A stretch of 64,000 bases of DNA, from contig JAFWVV010000038.1 in assembly GCA_017518225.1 (NCBI GenBank), positions 981 to 64,980 on the forward strand. Reading direction: 5' to 3'. How positions within the stretch are numbered: the stretch's first letter is position 1; the number at the start of each line of letters is the position of its first letter. Under the pieces are notes generated by a model. That model was given only the letters and a program-made list of their open reading frames with translations. It was not told the DNA's origin and did not search any database. Made by a program: the position numbers and the translations under genes. This DNA comes from Oscillospiraceae bacterium (lineage in GTDB: Bacteria > Bacillota > Clostridia > Oscillospirales > Oscillospiraceae). This document shows positions 26,436 to 35,838 of this stretch, in pieces.

Positions 26436-28202
26436 GTGATCAAGCATCCGGCGCTGGCGCGTATGCTCGCCGTTTTTCTTGCCATAAACAGTCTGCTGGC
26501 GCTTTTTGCCGCCGCGCTCTCCTTCCGCCGCGTTGAAAAGGATCAAAACGAACGCCTCCGGCAAGAGGAGCTGGCCGTCGCACGCTTTTCTGAGGCTGAA
26601 GATCTATTTGCCGCTCTGTCCGCCCTGCAGGACGAATACGACGCCATCATGCAGGATTATCCGCAAAAACAGAGCCGCGAGAAAAAGGACAGCGCAGAAT
26701 ACCGCATGTCTCTTGGCTCCCATACCGCCACCCGTGCCGGTCTGGTGCTCGGGCGTGAACAGCTTGACGCTGCCAGCGCCGCGCTGAAGGAAGCCATTCG
26801 CATGTATTACGTCGGTCTGGAGGCCTTTGAAAAGGGTGAGTCGGCGTTTTTGCCGGTCTATAAAGCCTATCTGGGGCTGCGGGACGGATTGAATCAGGGA
26901 GAAAACCTTGTGACGGAGCTTCGTCCGCAGATCGACGCCGCGCGGGATGCGGACGACCCCACGCTGCTTTCCCCTGACGCTCTTCTCGCCCTGAGCGCCT
27001 TTACGCGCGCGCAATACGCCGGACTGCGTGACATGCTTCAGGGCTTGCAGAGCAGCACCCCGGCCGATCAGCGCGAGTTTATCAACGCCCTGCGGCAAGC
27101 CGCTGAGCAATACAACGAGATCGCGCCGACCCTGACGGATTTCAACGTCGACCGTCTGGCCTATGAGGCCAGCGTCAGCATGTATGAGCAGGCTCAGGCC
27201 GCAATGGATGAGGCAATCGCCTCCGGCGCTGATGCGGAAGCAGCGCGGCAGGCCGCAGACGCCTTTTGCGAGGCGCGCTTCGGCATGCGCTTTGACGAGC
27301 TTGGCCTGTGGCTGGAAAGCCAGGAGCCGGAAAGCAGCGGCGACGGCGCTGAAACGATCAGTCCGGAAATGCTGGAGTTCGTTCTTGACGCGCTCCCGGA
27401 CGACCGCAGCTTAATCGAAACCGCCATCGGCCTCGTTGACGGCGCGGATCAGGATCTGGCGGACAAGGAAGCGGCTTTTCAAGCCGATCCACAGTCCATG
27501 AGCGCCGCTCAACTGCTGCTGGCCGCCTCTGAGGAGAGTCTGCAGAGTGCAGAGCGCCTGATCGCTCTGGTCGAACCGCAAATTCTGGATATCAAAAAAC
27601 AAATGGACGATGGACGAACGCAGCTCGATCGCGCGCTCAACACCATCGGCGCCGGGCAAAAGTCTCTGGCAGACGGCTATCAGCAACTGCAAGAAAAGGG
27701 CGACGAACTGGATGCGGAAAAAAAGAGTCTCCTGCAAACGCGCCGCGCGCTCGAACAACTGCAAAAGGAGCTGCATCTTCTGGATGATAAAGTGACGCGC
27801 TATCAGTCATTGTTTGACCGGGCGCGCGCCCTGCGCGCCCAACTGCACAGCTATGTCAACCCTGTCGACAACGAGGACAGCGACACCCTGCTGCAGCGGG
27901 CAAAAAGCGCATGGGCGCAACAGCAGGCAGAAAACGAACGGGCAGAACAGCTTCGCCGTGTCACCGGCTGCCTGATGCTCGCCGCCGCGATCTTCGGATT
28001 ATTATCTACGCTCGGCGTCTTTGAAAAACCCCGTCTGCCTCTGCCGTGGCTGCCGCTGTTGCTGGCGCTGCTGCTGTCCGCCGCCGGAGAAACCATCAGC
28101 CTGTCGCTGGGACGCGGTCTCTGGTACAGCGCGCTGACGCTCCCGGTCTTTTGCGTCGCGCTTTTGCCTCTTGCCGCCGGAAAAAAGCAAGAACGCATAT
28201 AA
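26436..28202 (+). CDS. membrane protein with long coiled-coil ectodomain (1 N-terminal + 3 C-terminal TM helices)
   Basis: GTG 26436 lies 7 nt after GGGAGGTGG. ARMLAVFLAINSLLALFAAALSF TM helix, about 470 aa of A/L/Q/E-rich helical sequence, then three C-terminal hydrophobic helices. Confidence 0.7.
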   Translation: MIKHPALARMLAVFLAINSLLALFAAALSFRRVEKDQNERLRQEELAVARFSEAEDLFAALSALQDEYDAIMQDYPQKQSREKKDSAEYRMSLGSHTATRAGLVLGREQLDAASAALKEAIRMYYVGLEAFEKGESAFLPVYKAYLGLRDGLNQGENLVTELRPQIDAARDADDPTLLSPDALLALSAFTRAQYAGLRDMLQGLQSSTPADQREFINALRQAAEQYNEIAPTLTDFNVDRLAYEASVSMYEQAQAAMDEAIASGADAEAARQAADAFCEARFGMRFDELGLWLESQEPESSGDGAETISPEMLEFVLDALPDDRSLIETAIGLVDGADQDLADKEAAFQADPQSMSAAQLLLAASEESLQSAERLIALVEPQILDIKKQMDDGRTQLDRALNTIGAGQKSLADGYQQLQEKGDELDAEKKSLLQTRRALEQLQKELHLLDDKVTRYQSLFDRARALRAQLHSYVNPVDNEDSDTLLQRAKSAWAQQQAENERAEQLRRVTGCLMLAAAIFGLLSTLGVFEKPRLPLPWLPLLLALLLSAAGETISLSLGRGLWYSALTLPVFCVALLPLAAGKKQERI

Positions 28203-28204
28203 CG

Positions 28205-28257
28205 AAAAGGCGCTGCCTCTTTTCAGTCGTTTGACTGTTTTGAGACAGCGCCCTTTT
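28205..28257. terminator. bidirectional terminator between convergent genes
   Basis: AAAAGGCGCTG...CAGCGCCCTTTT. Confidence 0.6.
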
Positions 28258-28273
28258 CCTGTTATTCTCAACC

Positions 28274-28615
28274 TTAAAACAGGCCGGGGATGCCCATGCC
28301 GCCCTGCAGACGGGACATGGCCTTACTGGTCTCGTCATCCGCCGCCTTCAGCGCGCCGTTGACCGCCGCAAGGATCAGATCCTGAAGCATCTCCACGTCG
28401 TCGGGATCGACGACCTCGGGATCGATGGTGATGCTCTCAAAGCTGCGTGTGCCGGAGACCACGGCTTTCACCGCGCCGCCGCCCGCGCTGAACTCAAACT
28501 TGCTCGCCTCCAGCTCCTGCTGCATCTTCATGAAGTCCTGCTGCATCTTCTGAGCCTGCTTCATCATATTCATCTGATTGCCGGGCATACCGCCGCGAAA
28601 TCCGCCTTTTGCCAT
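28274..28615 (-). CDS. ybaB: YbaB/EbfC nucleoid-associated protein
   Basis: 113 aa: [20 protein letters not shown]...[11 protein letters not shown]. Canonical position after dnaX. Confidence 0.92.
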   Translation of the reverse strand: MAKGGFRGGMPGNQMNMMKQAQKMQQDFMKMQQELEASKFEFSAGGGAVKAVVSGTRSFESITIDPEVVDPDDVEMLQDLILAAVNGALKAADDETSKAMSRLQGGMGIPGLF

Positions 28616-28639
28616 GTTGTTTCCTCCTTATTCCTCTGT

Positions 28640-30373
28640 TTATTCTTCAAAACGTACTTCTTTGAACACTCGCAGTTCATCCAGACTGCGCTTGGGCTCG
28701 TTTGTCCCCTTTCTCTCCGACAGCAACGCGCGCGTCTCTTTGCCGCGCACGGCGCTTGCCGCCTGCGAGATCAGTTCCAACAGCTCGGGACGGTTGAAGC
28801 GTCCGTAAGCGAAGCCCGGCTTTGCTTCCAGCCGCAGCACCTCGCCGTCCAATCGGCCGCTGATCATGTCCTCGCTGTTGAGATATACGCGCAGCTCCAT
28901 CGACAGCTTCGGAGAAACGCGTTTGCACACCGCTTTCCAGAAATCGCCCGTTGGCTCCGGGGCGGTATCCGCCGCCGTCTCCGGCTCGACCGGTTTCGGA
29001 ACGAGTTCCTCCTGCGGCGCTGACTGCGGCTGCGGGGAAGACGTCGGCTCCTCCCACGGAGCTCTATCCTCCGCCCCCGTACGCCCCGCCTCCTCCGCCG
29101 GACGGGGCGGCTGCGGCTGGACAGGCGAAGGACGAGGCGGCGCACTCGGCGCCTCAAGCGTTTTCTGTTCCGGCGCCGGACTCTCGATTTCTGCCATTTT
29201 CGTTGCTGCCGTAGCAATCGCGGCCGAAACGCCCCTTTCGAGCTGCTCCTCCAGACGCGACAGCCGTGCGCGCAGCTGGGAGAGGCTCTCCCCCGCCGTA
29301 CTCTCGCACAGAGAGACCAGACAGAGCTCTGCGTTCATACGTGGATTGTTCACGCTGCGCATTGCCGCCTGCGCGCTTTGCAGCGTGTCGAGCGCCGCCA
29401 GAAGCTCTTCCTTGGTCATGCGTCCGTCAAAGCTGTCCAGCGTCGCACGGTCAAAGCCGGAGGCGAGCAGGTTTTCTCCGCCGCGCGGCGCAAAGCGCAG
29501 CAGCAGCAAATCGCGCAGCAGCTGGCTCAGTTCGCCCAAAAGCGCCGCGGGATCCTTGCCGTCCATCCAAAGCTCTGAAAAAAGCGTAATCGCAGCCGAG
29601 GTATCGTGGCGCAGGATATGCTCCAAGAGCTCCGCAATGCGGCGCTTACCGGCCAGACCCATCGCGGCATAGACTGCCTCGACGTCAATGCTCTCGCGCG
29701 CCGAACACTGATCCAAGAGGCTCAAGGCGTCGCGCACGCCGCCCTCCGCCAGACGTGCGATCAGCTCGGCGGCCTCGTGCGTCAGCGAAAAATGCTCCTG
29801 TCCGGCGATATACTCCAGATACTCCGCAATCTCCGGCACATCAATGCGCTTAAAGCTATGGCGCTGGCAGCGGGACAGGATCGTCGCCGGCACCTTGCCC
29901 AGCTCCGTTGTCGCCAGAATAAACATCAGATGCTCCGGCGGCTCCTCCAAAATTTTCAGCAGCGCATTAAAGGCCGCCGTGGAGAGCATGTGCACCTCAT
30001 CGACGATATACACGCGCTTTCTGACCGCCGAGGGTGAAAACACTGCCTCCTCGCGCAGGGCGCGCACGTTGTCCACGCCGTTGTTGGAGGCCGCATCCAG
30101 CTCTACCACGTCCATGATCGAGCCGTCCAGAATGCCGCGGCAGGCTTCGCACTCACAGCAGGGATTGCCGTCCACCGGATGCTCGCAGTTGACCGCACGA
30201 GCCAGAATACGCGCACAAGTGGCCTTGCCTGTGCCGCGCGTGCCGATGAAGAGATAGGCATGCGAAAGCCGCCCGGTCTTCACCTGGTTTTTCAGCGTGT
30301 CAGTGATGTGCTTTTGCCCCACCACCTGATCAAAGGTCTGCGGCCGCCACTTGCGGTATAAGGCCTGATACAT
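28640..30373 (-). CDS. dnaX: DNA polymerase III subunits gamma/tau
   Basis: MYQALYRKWRPQTFDQVVGQ, Walker A GTRGTGKAT, zinc module CEHPVDGNPCCECEAC. Start at Met14 of the track ORF (AGGTGA SD). Confidence 0.95.
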   Translation of the reverse strand: MYQALYRKWRPQTFDQVVGQKHITDTLKNQVKTGRLSHAYLFIGTRGTGKATCARILARAVNCEHPVDGNPCCECEACRGILDGSIMDVVELDAASNNGVDNVRALREEAVFSPSAVRKRVYIVDEVHMLSTAAFNALLKILEEPPEHLMFILATTELGKVPATILSRCQRHSFKRIDVPEIAEYLEYIAGQEHFSLTHEAAELIARLAEGGVRDALSLLDQCSARESIDVEAVYAAMGLAGKRRIAELLEHILRHDTSAAITLFSELWMDGKDPAALLGELSQLLRDLLLLRFAPRGGENLLASGFDRATLDSFDGRMTKEELLAALDTLQSAQAAMRSVNNPRMNAELCLVSLCESTAGESLSQLRARLSRLEEQLERGVSAAIATAATKMAEIESPAPEQKTLEAPSAPPRPSPVQPQPPRPAEEAGRTGAEDRAPWEEPTSSPQPQSAPQEELVPKPVEPETAADTAPEPTGDFWKAVCKRVSPKLSMELRVYLNSEDMISGRLDGEVLRLEAKPGFAYGRFNRPELLELISQAASAVRGKETRALLSERKGTNEPKRSLDELRVFKEVRFEE

Positions 30374-30404
30374 GTTTTTCACCTGCCTCATAGCTTTGAT
30401 GGCT

Positions 30405-30693
30405 CTTGACAAGACTGCACACCCACCGTCGAAAAATGCTCTACACCCGTACTGCCGGCAGCCGGCTCAGACCCGGCAGCCTCGCGGCACACGGGAGGTT
30501 CCGCTTAATGCTGCTCGGTTCCCCGCCTGACATGGTTCACGGATTCCCGTTGCGCGAGACCGGATCGTCAACGCTGCTTACCGGAGCCAATCGACACAGA
30601 ACATATCCTAAAGTGGGAATTCGTCCCTGCTGTAGCGGATTGCAGGTTACAGGGCACCGCTGGCTCCCCGACTAGTGCAGCCTTGTCAAAAGC
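30405..30693 (-). ncRNA. ffs: signal recognition particle RNA, long (Bacillus-type, with Alu domain)
   Basis: The minus strand reads ...GCGGTGCCCTGTAACCTGCAATCCGCTACAGCAGGG... (Alu-domain 5' region). It also reads ...GTGAACCATGTCAGGCGGGGAACCGAGCAGCATTAAGCGGAACC... (domain IV). The terminal arms 30403-30420 and 30675-30692 are complementary. Position upstream of dnaX matches Bacillus. Ends are approximate. Confidence 0.85.
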
Positions 30694-30740
30694 CACGAGC
30701 ATAGTCTACTACATTTTTTGAAAAAGCGCAATATTTTTCT

Positions 30741-30768
30741 TTACAAATGGAAAATATGTGGTATAATA
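30741..30768 (+). promoter_or_regulatory. sigma-A-like promoter of tRNA-Ala(CGC)
   Basis: TTTACA, 16-nt spacer, TGgTATAAT (extended -10) ending 20 nt before the tRNA. Confidence 0.6.
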
Positions 30769-30788
30769 CAAAAGCTCAAAGAAAATAC

Positions 30789-30865
30789 GGGCTTGTAGCT
30801 CAGCTGGGAGAGCGCACGGTTCGCATCCGTGAGGTTCGAGGGTTCGATCCCCTTCAAGTCCACCA
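30789..30865 (+). tRNA. tRNA-Ala (anticodon CGC)
   Basis: Acceptor GGGCTTG/CAAGTCC with the G3:U70 identity pair, anticodon loop TTCGCAT, encoded CCA. Confidence 0.88.
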
Positions 30866-31009
30866 TATTAGCACGGTAATTTTGATAGAATTGCCGTGCT
30901 TTGTTTTTTATGTTATGATGACAGGGCAAGCAAGGCCAAGGGTCTGTCTGCGCTGTTGGATGATGATTGGTAAGCAGGCCAATAAATCGGAATCTGTAGA
31001 GGGAATTCT

Positions 31010-31714
31010 ATGAGGCAATTTGAAAGCAGACATTATATTTTTTATTTCGGTGAAGAAACAAAAGCAGCGCGGGATATAGAATCCATTGCCACTTGTCAGG
31101 AGAGTTGCTACCAACATATCTGTAATGTTTTAGGTGTTACTCCAGAGTTCAAAATAAAGTATTACCTTTGTGACTCTCCAGAAGAAGTGGGAGGAATATA
31201 CGGAGATAACGATCCTTGTAATGGATTTGCGGCTCCACCGGACACTGTTTATGCAGTGTACAATGAACACATTCAGTGTATTGGGTTCCATGAAGATGCT
31301 CATCTGATCAGTTATGTAATCAACCGTCCTGATTGTCCTGCCATAAGAGAAGGACTGGCAATGTATTTTGACCGGAAATGGTGGGGAATTCAGAATATGG
31401 ATTGGGTCAGTTTTTATTTAAAGGCCGGTAGCTATATTCCCGTAAATCAACTGCTTGATAAGGAATACTTTTTCTCCCAGGATTGTACTATCACGTACCC
31501 GATAATGGGGGCTTTTATAGATTGGCTGATTGCCGTATATGGCATAAAACATTTCCTGGAAATGTATCGAGAGCAGGATATGGAAGCGGCAATGAAGCAG
31601 GTATACAACAAATCACCGGAAGAATTAAACCGAGAATTCACGAGTTTTATCAGTTTGTTCGAAATCGACGAGGCAATTGAACAGAGAATGAAAACTAAGC
31701 TTCTGGAACGGTGA
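31010..31714 (+). CDS. putative zinc metallopeptidase (HExxH...EGxAxY, peptidase-MA-like)
   Basis: GFHEDAHLISYV (HExxH) followed 18 residues later by REGLAMYF. AT-rich gene. GAGGGA SD. Confidence 0.55.
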   Translation: MRQFESRHYIFYFGEETKAARDIESIATCQESCYQHICNVLGVTPEFKIKYYLCDSPEEVGGIYGDNDPCNGFAAPPDTVYAVYNEHIQCIGFHEDAHLISYVINRPDCPAIREGLAMYFDRKWWGIQNMDWVSFYLKAGSYIPVNQLLDKEYFFSQDCTITYPIMGAFIDWLIAVYGIKHFLEMYREQDMEAAMKQVYNKSPEELNREFTSFISLFEIDEAIEQRMKTKLLER

Positions 31715-31889
31715 TTCAGACAAATTCCGGTTTTCGGCGCAGCCCAATCGTGCAAAACGCCCCCCTCAAATCCACCAGTAAAGCACGGAAAGTTTGGCCC
31801 CAGTCATGCACGGAAAGATTGAAAGATTGCCATTCCTTGCTTTTCATGTTACGATAACATACATTGAATCCTGCCGGAGGTGCAATCAT

Positions 31890-32912
31890 ATGTATCTGGA
31901 AACAAACAGGCTGATTTTACGAAGCTATGTCCCCAGCGATTTTGATGACTATTTCGCCTATATTATGGACTCGGAATTACAGCGTATGCTTGGCTTGAAT
32001 GGCGTCAGCGACAGGAAATCCGCGCAGGACGCGTTTCAATGGCTCATGGATCACCGCAAATTTTTTGCCATCATTCCAAAGGAGACGCAGCGGACCATCG
32101 GTCATATTTGTCTGCATCCTCCCATGGAGCGTTTACTGGAGGATCCGCGTTTTAGCGGAAAATGCGGATATTCGCTTTCTTTGGCCATCGCCAAGTCGCA
32201 GCGCAGAAAGGGCTATATGGAAGAGGCTCTGCGCTGCGTATTCGAAGCGCTCTTTGATCAGAGAAAAGCAGACTTTTTTGATTATGAATATCAAGCATCG
32301 AACGCGGCGTCTCATGCGCTGCAGGAAAAACTCGGCTTTCGGTATTGGGGCAAAGAGCAGTTCGACGGCTGTGAACTGAACATCTGTGTCCTGTGCCGCG
32401 AGGATTGGGTGCAAACGGCTCCCGCTTCCCGCTCGGACAATCCCATACCGCAAGCCTCCCCCACCCCCGCGCCTTTCCGCGAGGAATTCTTTGAGATCCC
32501 CGGCGATCCCCTGTCGCTGCAGCTCAGGGAGCTCAACCCGGGAGATGGGCAGGCGCTGCCCTTTTACTGGTGGCGGATCGTCCGAAATGCCGATGGAGCT
32601 GAGGTCGGCTCAATCAGCCTGCGGCTGGGGCATAACTACCATTCCTACTATAACGGCAACGTCGGCTATGAGATCGAGGAGCCGTACCAAGGCCATCACT
32701 ATGCCTTTCTTGCCTGTCAGATGCTTCTTGACGCTGCGCGGCAGCACGGCATGGACAAATTATATTTCTCCTGTAATCATGACAACGCCGCCTCGTATAA
32801 AACCATCGAGCGCCTCGGCGCAAGGCTTCTTGAGGAGCTCATACCGCCGGAGGATTATTGCTTTTATTTTGACGGCATCAAAAAGCATCGGATCTATTTA
32901 TTGGAGCTTTGA
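31890..32912 (+). CDS. tandem GNAT-domain N-acetyltransferase
   Basis: N-terminal RimJ/L-like MYLETNRLILRSY...QRRKGYMEEAL and a second GNAT core YQGHHYAFLACQMLLDAARQHGMDKLYF. Start at Met33 of the track ORF (GGAGGTG SD). Confidence 0.75.
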   Translation: MYLETNRLILRSYVPSDFDDYFAYIMDSELQRMLGLNGVSDRKSAQDAFQWLMDHRKFFAIIPKETQRTIGHICLHPPMERLLEDPRFSGKCGYSLSLAIAKSQRRKGYMEEALRCVFEALFDQRKADFFDYEYQASNAASHALQEKLGFRYWGKEQFDGCELNICVLCREDWVQTAPASRSDNPIPQASPTPAPFREEFFEIPGDPLSLQLRELNPGDGQALPFYWWRIVRNADGAEVGSISLRLGHNYHSYYNGNVGYEIEEPYQGHHYAFLACQMLLDAARQHGMDKLYFSCNHDNAASYKTIERLGARLLEELIPPEDYCFYFDGIKKHRIYLLEL

Positions 32913-32966
32913 AACGCTCCGCGTTTCCGTCGCCGGGGCCGCTCCGCACTTGGGATCAGCGGCATC

Positions 32967-33002
32967 AAAAACAGCAGCCCCGATGGGGGGGCTGCTGTTT
33001 TT
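32967..33002 (+). terminator. terminator after the GNAT gene
   Basis: AAAACAGCAGCCCC-GAT-GGGGGGCTGCTGTTTTT. Confidence 0.75.
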
Positions 33003-33125
33003 GGTGCGCCGGGGCAATCCAAATCCGAACCGATCTTCAGGTCTGCATGGGAAGAGCGCGAGAGGGGACGGGAGTCCTCTTTCGCGTTTGAGCGAAGCGG
33101 ATGAACCCGCGCCGAAGGCGCGGCA

Positions 33126-33160
33126 CCAGAAAAGGGGCTTCCTTTCGGAAGCCCCTTTTC
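33126..33160 (-). terminator. terminator after tRNA-Leu (stem extends into the tRNA CCA end)
   Basis: AAAAGGGGCTTCC-TTTC-GGAAGCCCCTTTT. Confidence 0.7.
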
Positions 33161-33246
33161 TGGTGCCGGTGACCGGACTCGAACCGGTACGGGATTGCTC
33201 CCAAGGGATTTTAAGTCCCTGGTGTCTACCATTCCACCACACCGGC
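33161..33246 (-). tRNA. tRNA-Leu (anticodon TAA)
   Basis: The minus strand reads GCCGGTGTGGTGGAATGGTAGACACCAGGGACTTAAAATCCCTTGGGAGCAATCCCGTACCGGTTCGAGTCCGGTCACCGGCACCA. Long variable arm and encoded CCA. Confidence 0.9.
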
Positions 33247-33284
33247 GGAAAGCCTAATCAATGTACCACGCGATTCCTGCGGTG

Positions 33285-33842
33285 TCAAGTCATGGCCGCA
33301 AGTTTCGCGTTAAGCTTGCGATAGACCCGCGCAAGCATCCACGGCTCGTTCGGCGCAGTCAGCGCCTCTTCCAGCGAAAACCAGCGCACACCGCTGTTCT
33401 CTGCCTCGCAGACGCACAGCGCGTCGCGCTCGTCCGCCTCCAGCAGATAGCTCACGTTTAGATGCAGGTGGCTCGGCACATAAACACCGCGTTTTTCATG
33501 CCCGTCTACCGTCAAGACCTCCAGCGAGAAGATTTCCCCGGTTACCGGTCGCACGTGTATGATCCCCGTCTCCTCGCGGCACTCGCGCAGCGCGACGGAG
33601 AGCAGATCCCGCTCGCCGTCGGCGTGGCCGCCCGTCCAGGCCCAGGAATCATAGAGCTTGTGGTAGATCATCAGCACCTTGTCCCGTTTGGCATTCGTCA
33701 CCCAGGCCGAGGCCGTCACATGCGCGATGGGGTTTTCCCGGGAAAAGGCGTTCTCATGGTGCGACAGATAATCCAGCATCAGCGTCCTGTCGCGCGCCTC
33801 CTGCTCACAGCAGGGCTTATATTGCCGTATTGTCTCGATCAT
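33285..33842 (-). CDS. NUDIX hydrolase
   Basis: Nudix box GGHADGERDLLSVALRECREETGI. A 4-nt ATGA overlap with the upstream DUF1643 gene. Confidence 0.85.
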   Translation of the reverse strand: MIETIRQYKPCCEQEARDRTLMLDYLSHHENAFSRENPIAHVTASAWVTNAKRDKVLMIYHKLYDSWAWTGGHADGERDLLSVALRECREETGIIHVRPVTGEIFSLEVLTVDGHEKRGVYVPSHLHLNVSYLLEADERDALCVCEAENSGVRWFSLEEALTAPNEPWMLARVYRKLNAKLAAMT

Positions 33843-34456
33843 AGCGTCTGCAAATATGCCTCCACGTCAAAGGGTCTCGTTTTCTCGTCCTTTTTCAGAT
33901 ACAGCGGGTGGTGCGGGTGTCCCCTTTTCGAGCAGGGTCCGGCGCAGAGCCACTCGGCGTCAAATCGCTCGCCGAGCGCCGCCATATCCCGTACGCAGTC
34001 TGCCAGATACCCGCGCTTTTCGATGATCGCCCCCCAGGCCGCCCAGACCGCCGGGCGTTTCCCTGCCCGCTCCTGCGCGAGCACATAGGCGAAAGCGCGC
34101 ATGTTCTCACGGTGCAGCAGCTCATTCAGCTCCCGATCCATATCGTCCGGACGCGTCGCGCGCTGGGCATAGACGTTAAACATGATGAAGCTGTCATAGC
34201 CGTTGCCCGCCGCAATGCGCTGGACGGATTTGAGCGTATTATCCAGCCGATCCGGCTCCGCCGTAGAAGGATTAATGCCGATGCAGATCAGCGGATGCTC
34301 CCCGCGCGTGCCGAGAATATAGCGGTAATCGGCATAGAAATCCGGCACGTAGAGCCAGCGCGTCCGGTCATAGCTGTCGCCCTGGCCGGACAGCGCCAGC
34401 GCCTGTTCAAAATCCAGCAAGTCCAGCGTCTGGCTTGCCCCGCTCGGCACGTGCAT
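33839..34456 (-). CDS. DUF1643-family protein
   Basis: LICIGINPSTAEPDRLDNTLKSV block. ATG 34456-34454 shares one base with the metK TGA (34458-34456). Confidence 0.65.
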   Translation of the reverse strand: MHVPSGASQTLDLLDFEQALALSGQGDSYDRTRWLYVPDFYADYRYILGTRGEHPLICIGINPSTAEPDRLDNTLKSVQRIAAGNGYDSFIMFNVYAQRATRPDDMDRELNELLHRENMRAFAYVLAQERAGKRPAVWAAWGAIIEKRGYLADCVRDMAALGERFDAEWLCAGPCSKRGHPHHPLYLKKDEKTRPFDVEAYLQTL

Positions 34457-35637
34457 CAGCGCAGCGCCGCCTTCAGCGCAGCAACACGGTCTGTCTGTTC
34501 CCAACGAACCCCCAGTTCCTCACGTCCCATGTGGCCGTAGGCCGCCAGCGCACGGTAAATGGGCCGGCGCAGTTCAAGGTCTCGGATAATCGCCGTCGGG
34601 CGCAGGTCAAAAACCTGCTTGACCGCTGCGGAGAGCTTGTCGTCGCTCACCGTACCTGTGCCAAAGGTCTCGACCAGCACGGAGACCGGCTGTGCCACGC
34701 CGATGGCGTAGGCCAGTTGCACCTGGCAGCGGCGCGCCAGACCCGCTGCGACCACATTCTTCGCCACGTAGCGTGCCGCATAAGCCGCGCTGCGATCCAC
34801 CTTGGTCGGATCCTTGCCGGAGAAAGCGCCGCCGCCGTGCGGTGCGCTGCCGCCGTAGGTGTCCACGATGATCTTGCGCCCGGTCAGGCCGGAGTCGCCC
34901 TGCGGGCCGCCGATGACAAAGCGCCCGGTTGGGTTTACATAATATTTTGTATTCTCGTCCAGCAGCTCTGCGGGAACGGTCGGCTTGATCAGCAGCTCGA
35001 TCATATCGCGGCGGATCTGCTCCAGCTCGACCTCCGGGGCATGCTGGGTGGATACGACGACGGTGTCCACACGCACAGGGCGGCGCTGTTCGTCGTATTC
35101 GACAGTCACCTGCGTCTTGCCGTCCGGCCGCAGGTAGGCGATGGTTCCGTTCTTACGCAGCTCGGTCAGGCGCTTGGCCAGCTTGTGGCTCAAGGAGATC
35201 GGCAAGGGCATCAGCTCCGGCGTCTCGTCGCAGGCGTAGCCGAACATCATGCCCTGGTCGCCCGCGCCGTTTTGCAGCTCTGCGTCCTCGCTGCCGCGCA
35301 CCTCCAGCGCGCGATCCACACCCATGGCGATATCGCCGGACTGCTCGTCGATGTTGGTAATGATGCCGCAGGTATCGCAGTCGAAGCCGTATTTGGCACG
35401 GTCGTAGCCGATCTCACGCACAACCTCGCGCACGATCTTCTGGATATCCACATAGCACTCGGTGCTGATCTCACCCGTCACATGCACGAGGCCAGTAGAG
35501 ACCATCGTCTCGCAGGCGACGCGCCCCATCGGGTCCTGCGCAAGGATCGCGTCGAGAATGGCGTCAGAGATCTGATCGCAGATTTTATCTGGATGCCCTT
35601 CGGTGACCGACTCGGAAGTAAATAAATAGTGGCTCAT
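34456..35637 (-). CDS. metK: S-adenosylmethionine synthase
   Basis: [30 protein letters not shown] and [16 protein letters not shown] motifs; 393 aa. Confidence 0.97.
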   Translation of the reverse strand: MSHYLFTSESVTEGHPDKICDQISDAILDAILAQDPMGRVACETMVSTGLVHVTGEISTECYVDIQKIVREVVREIGYDRAKYGFDCDTCGIITNIDEQSGDIAMGVDRALEVRGSEDAELQNGAGDQGMMFGYACDETPELMPLPISLSHKLAKRLTELRKNGTIAYLRPDGKTQVTVEYDEQRRPVRVDTVVVSTQHAPEVELEQIRRDMIELLIKPTVPAELLDENTKYYVNPTGRFVIGGPQGDSGLTGRKIIVDTYGGSAPHGGGAFSGKDPTKVDRSAAYAARYVAKNVVAAGLARRCQVQLAYAIGVAQPVSVLVETFGTGTVSDDKLSAAVKQVFDLRPTAIIRDLELRRPIYRALAAYGHMGREELGVRWEQTDRVAALKAALR

Positions 35638-35663
35638 ACGTTTCTCCTCTCTATCTGTCGATG

Positions 35664-35696
35664 AAAAAGCGCGTCCTGCCGACCGGCAGGACGCGC
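35664..35696 (-). terminator. SAM-riboswitch expression-platform terminator
   Basis: GCGCGTCCTGCC-GGTC-GGCAGGACGCGC followed by TTTTT on the minus strand. Confidence 0.8.
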
Positions 35697-35710
35697 GAAT
35701 ACTTGCTTTG

Positions 35711-35822
35711 CTCTTAAGCCAAAAGCCTCATCTTTCGTTCACCGCCGGATTTGGCACCTTATGCTCTCGCACAGGTTGCCGGGCTTCACAGGGCCGTTCC
35801 CTCCACCGCTCTTGATAAGGTG
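35711..35822 (-). promoter_or_regulatory. SAM-I (S-box) riboswitch aptamer
   Basis: The minus strand reads CACCTTATCAAGAGCGGTGGAGGGAACGGCCCTGTGAAGCCCGGCAACC...AAGGTGCCAAATCCGGCGG...AGATGAGG, matching conserved S-box blocks. Lies in the metK leader. Confidence 0.88.
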
Positions 35823-35838
35823 TTTAATTGTCGAATTA

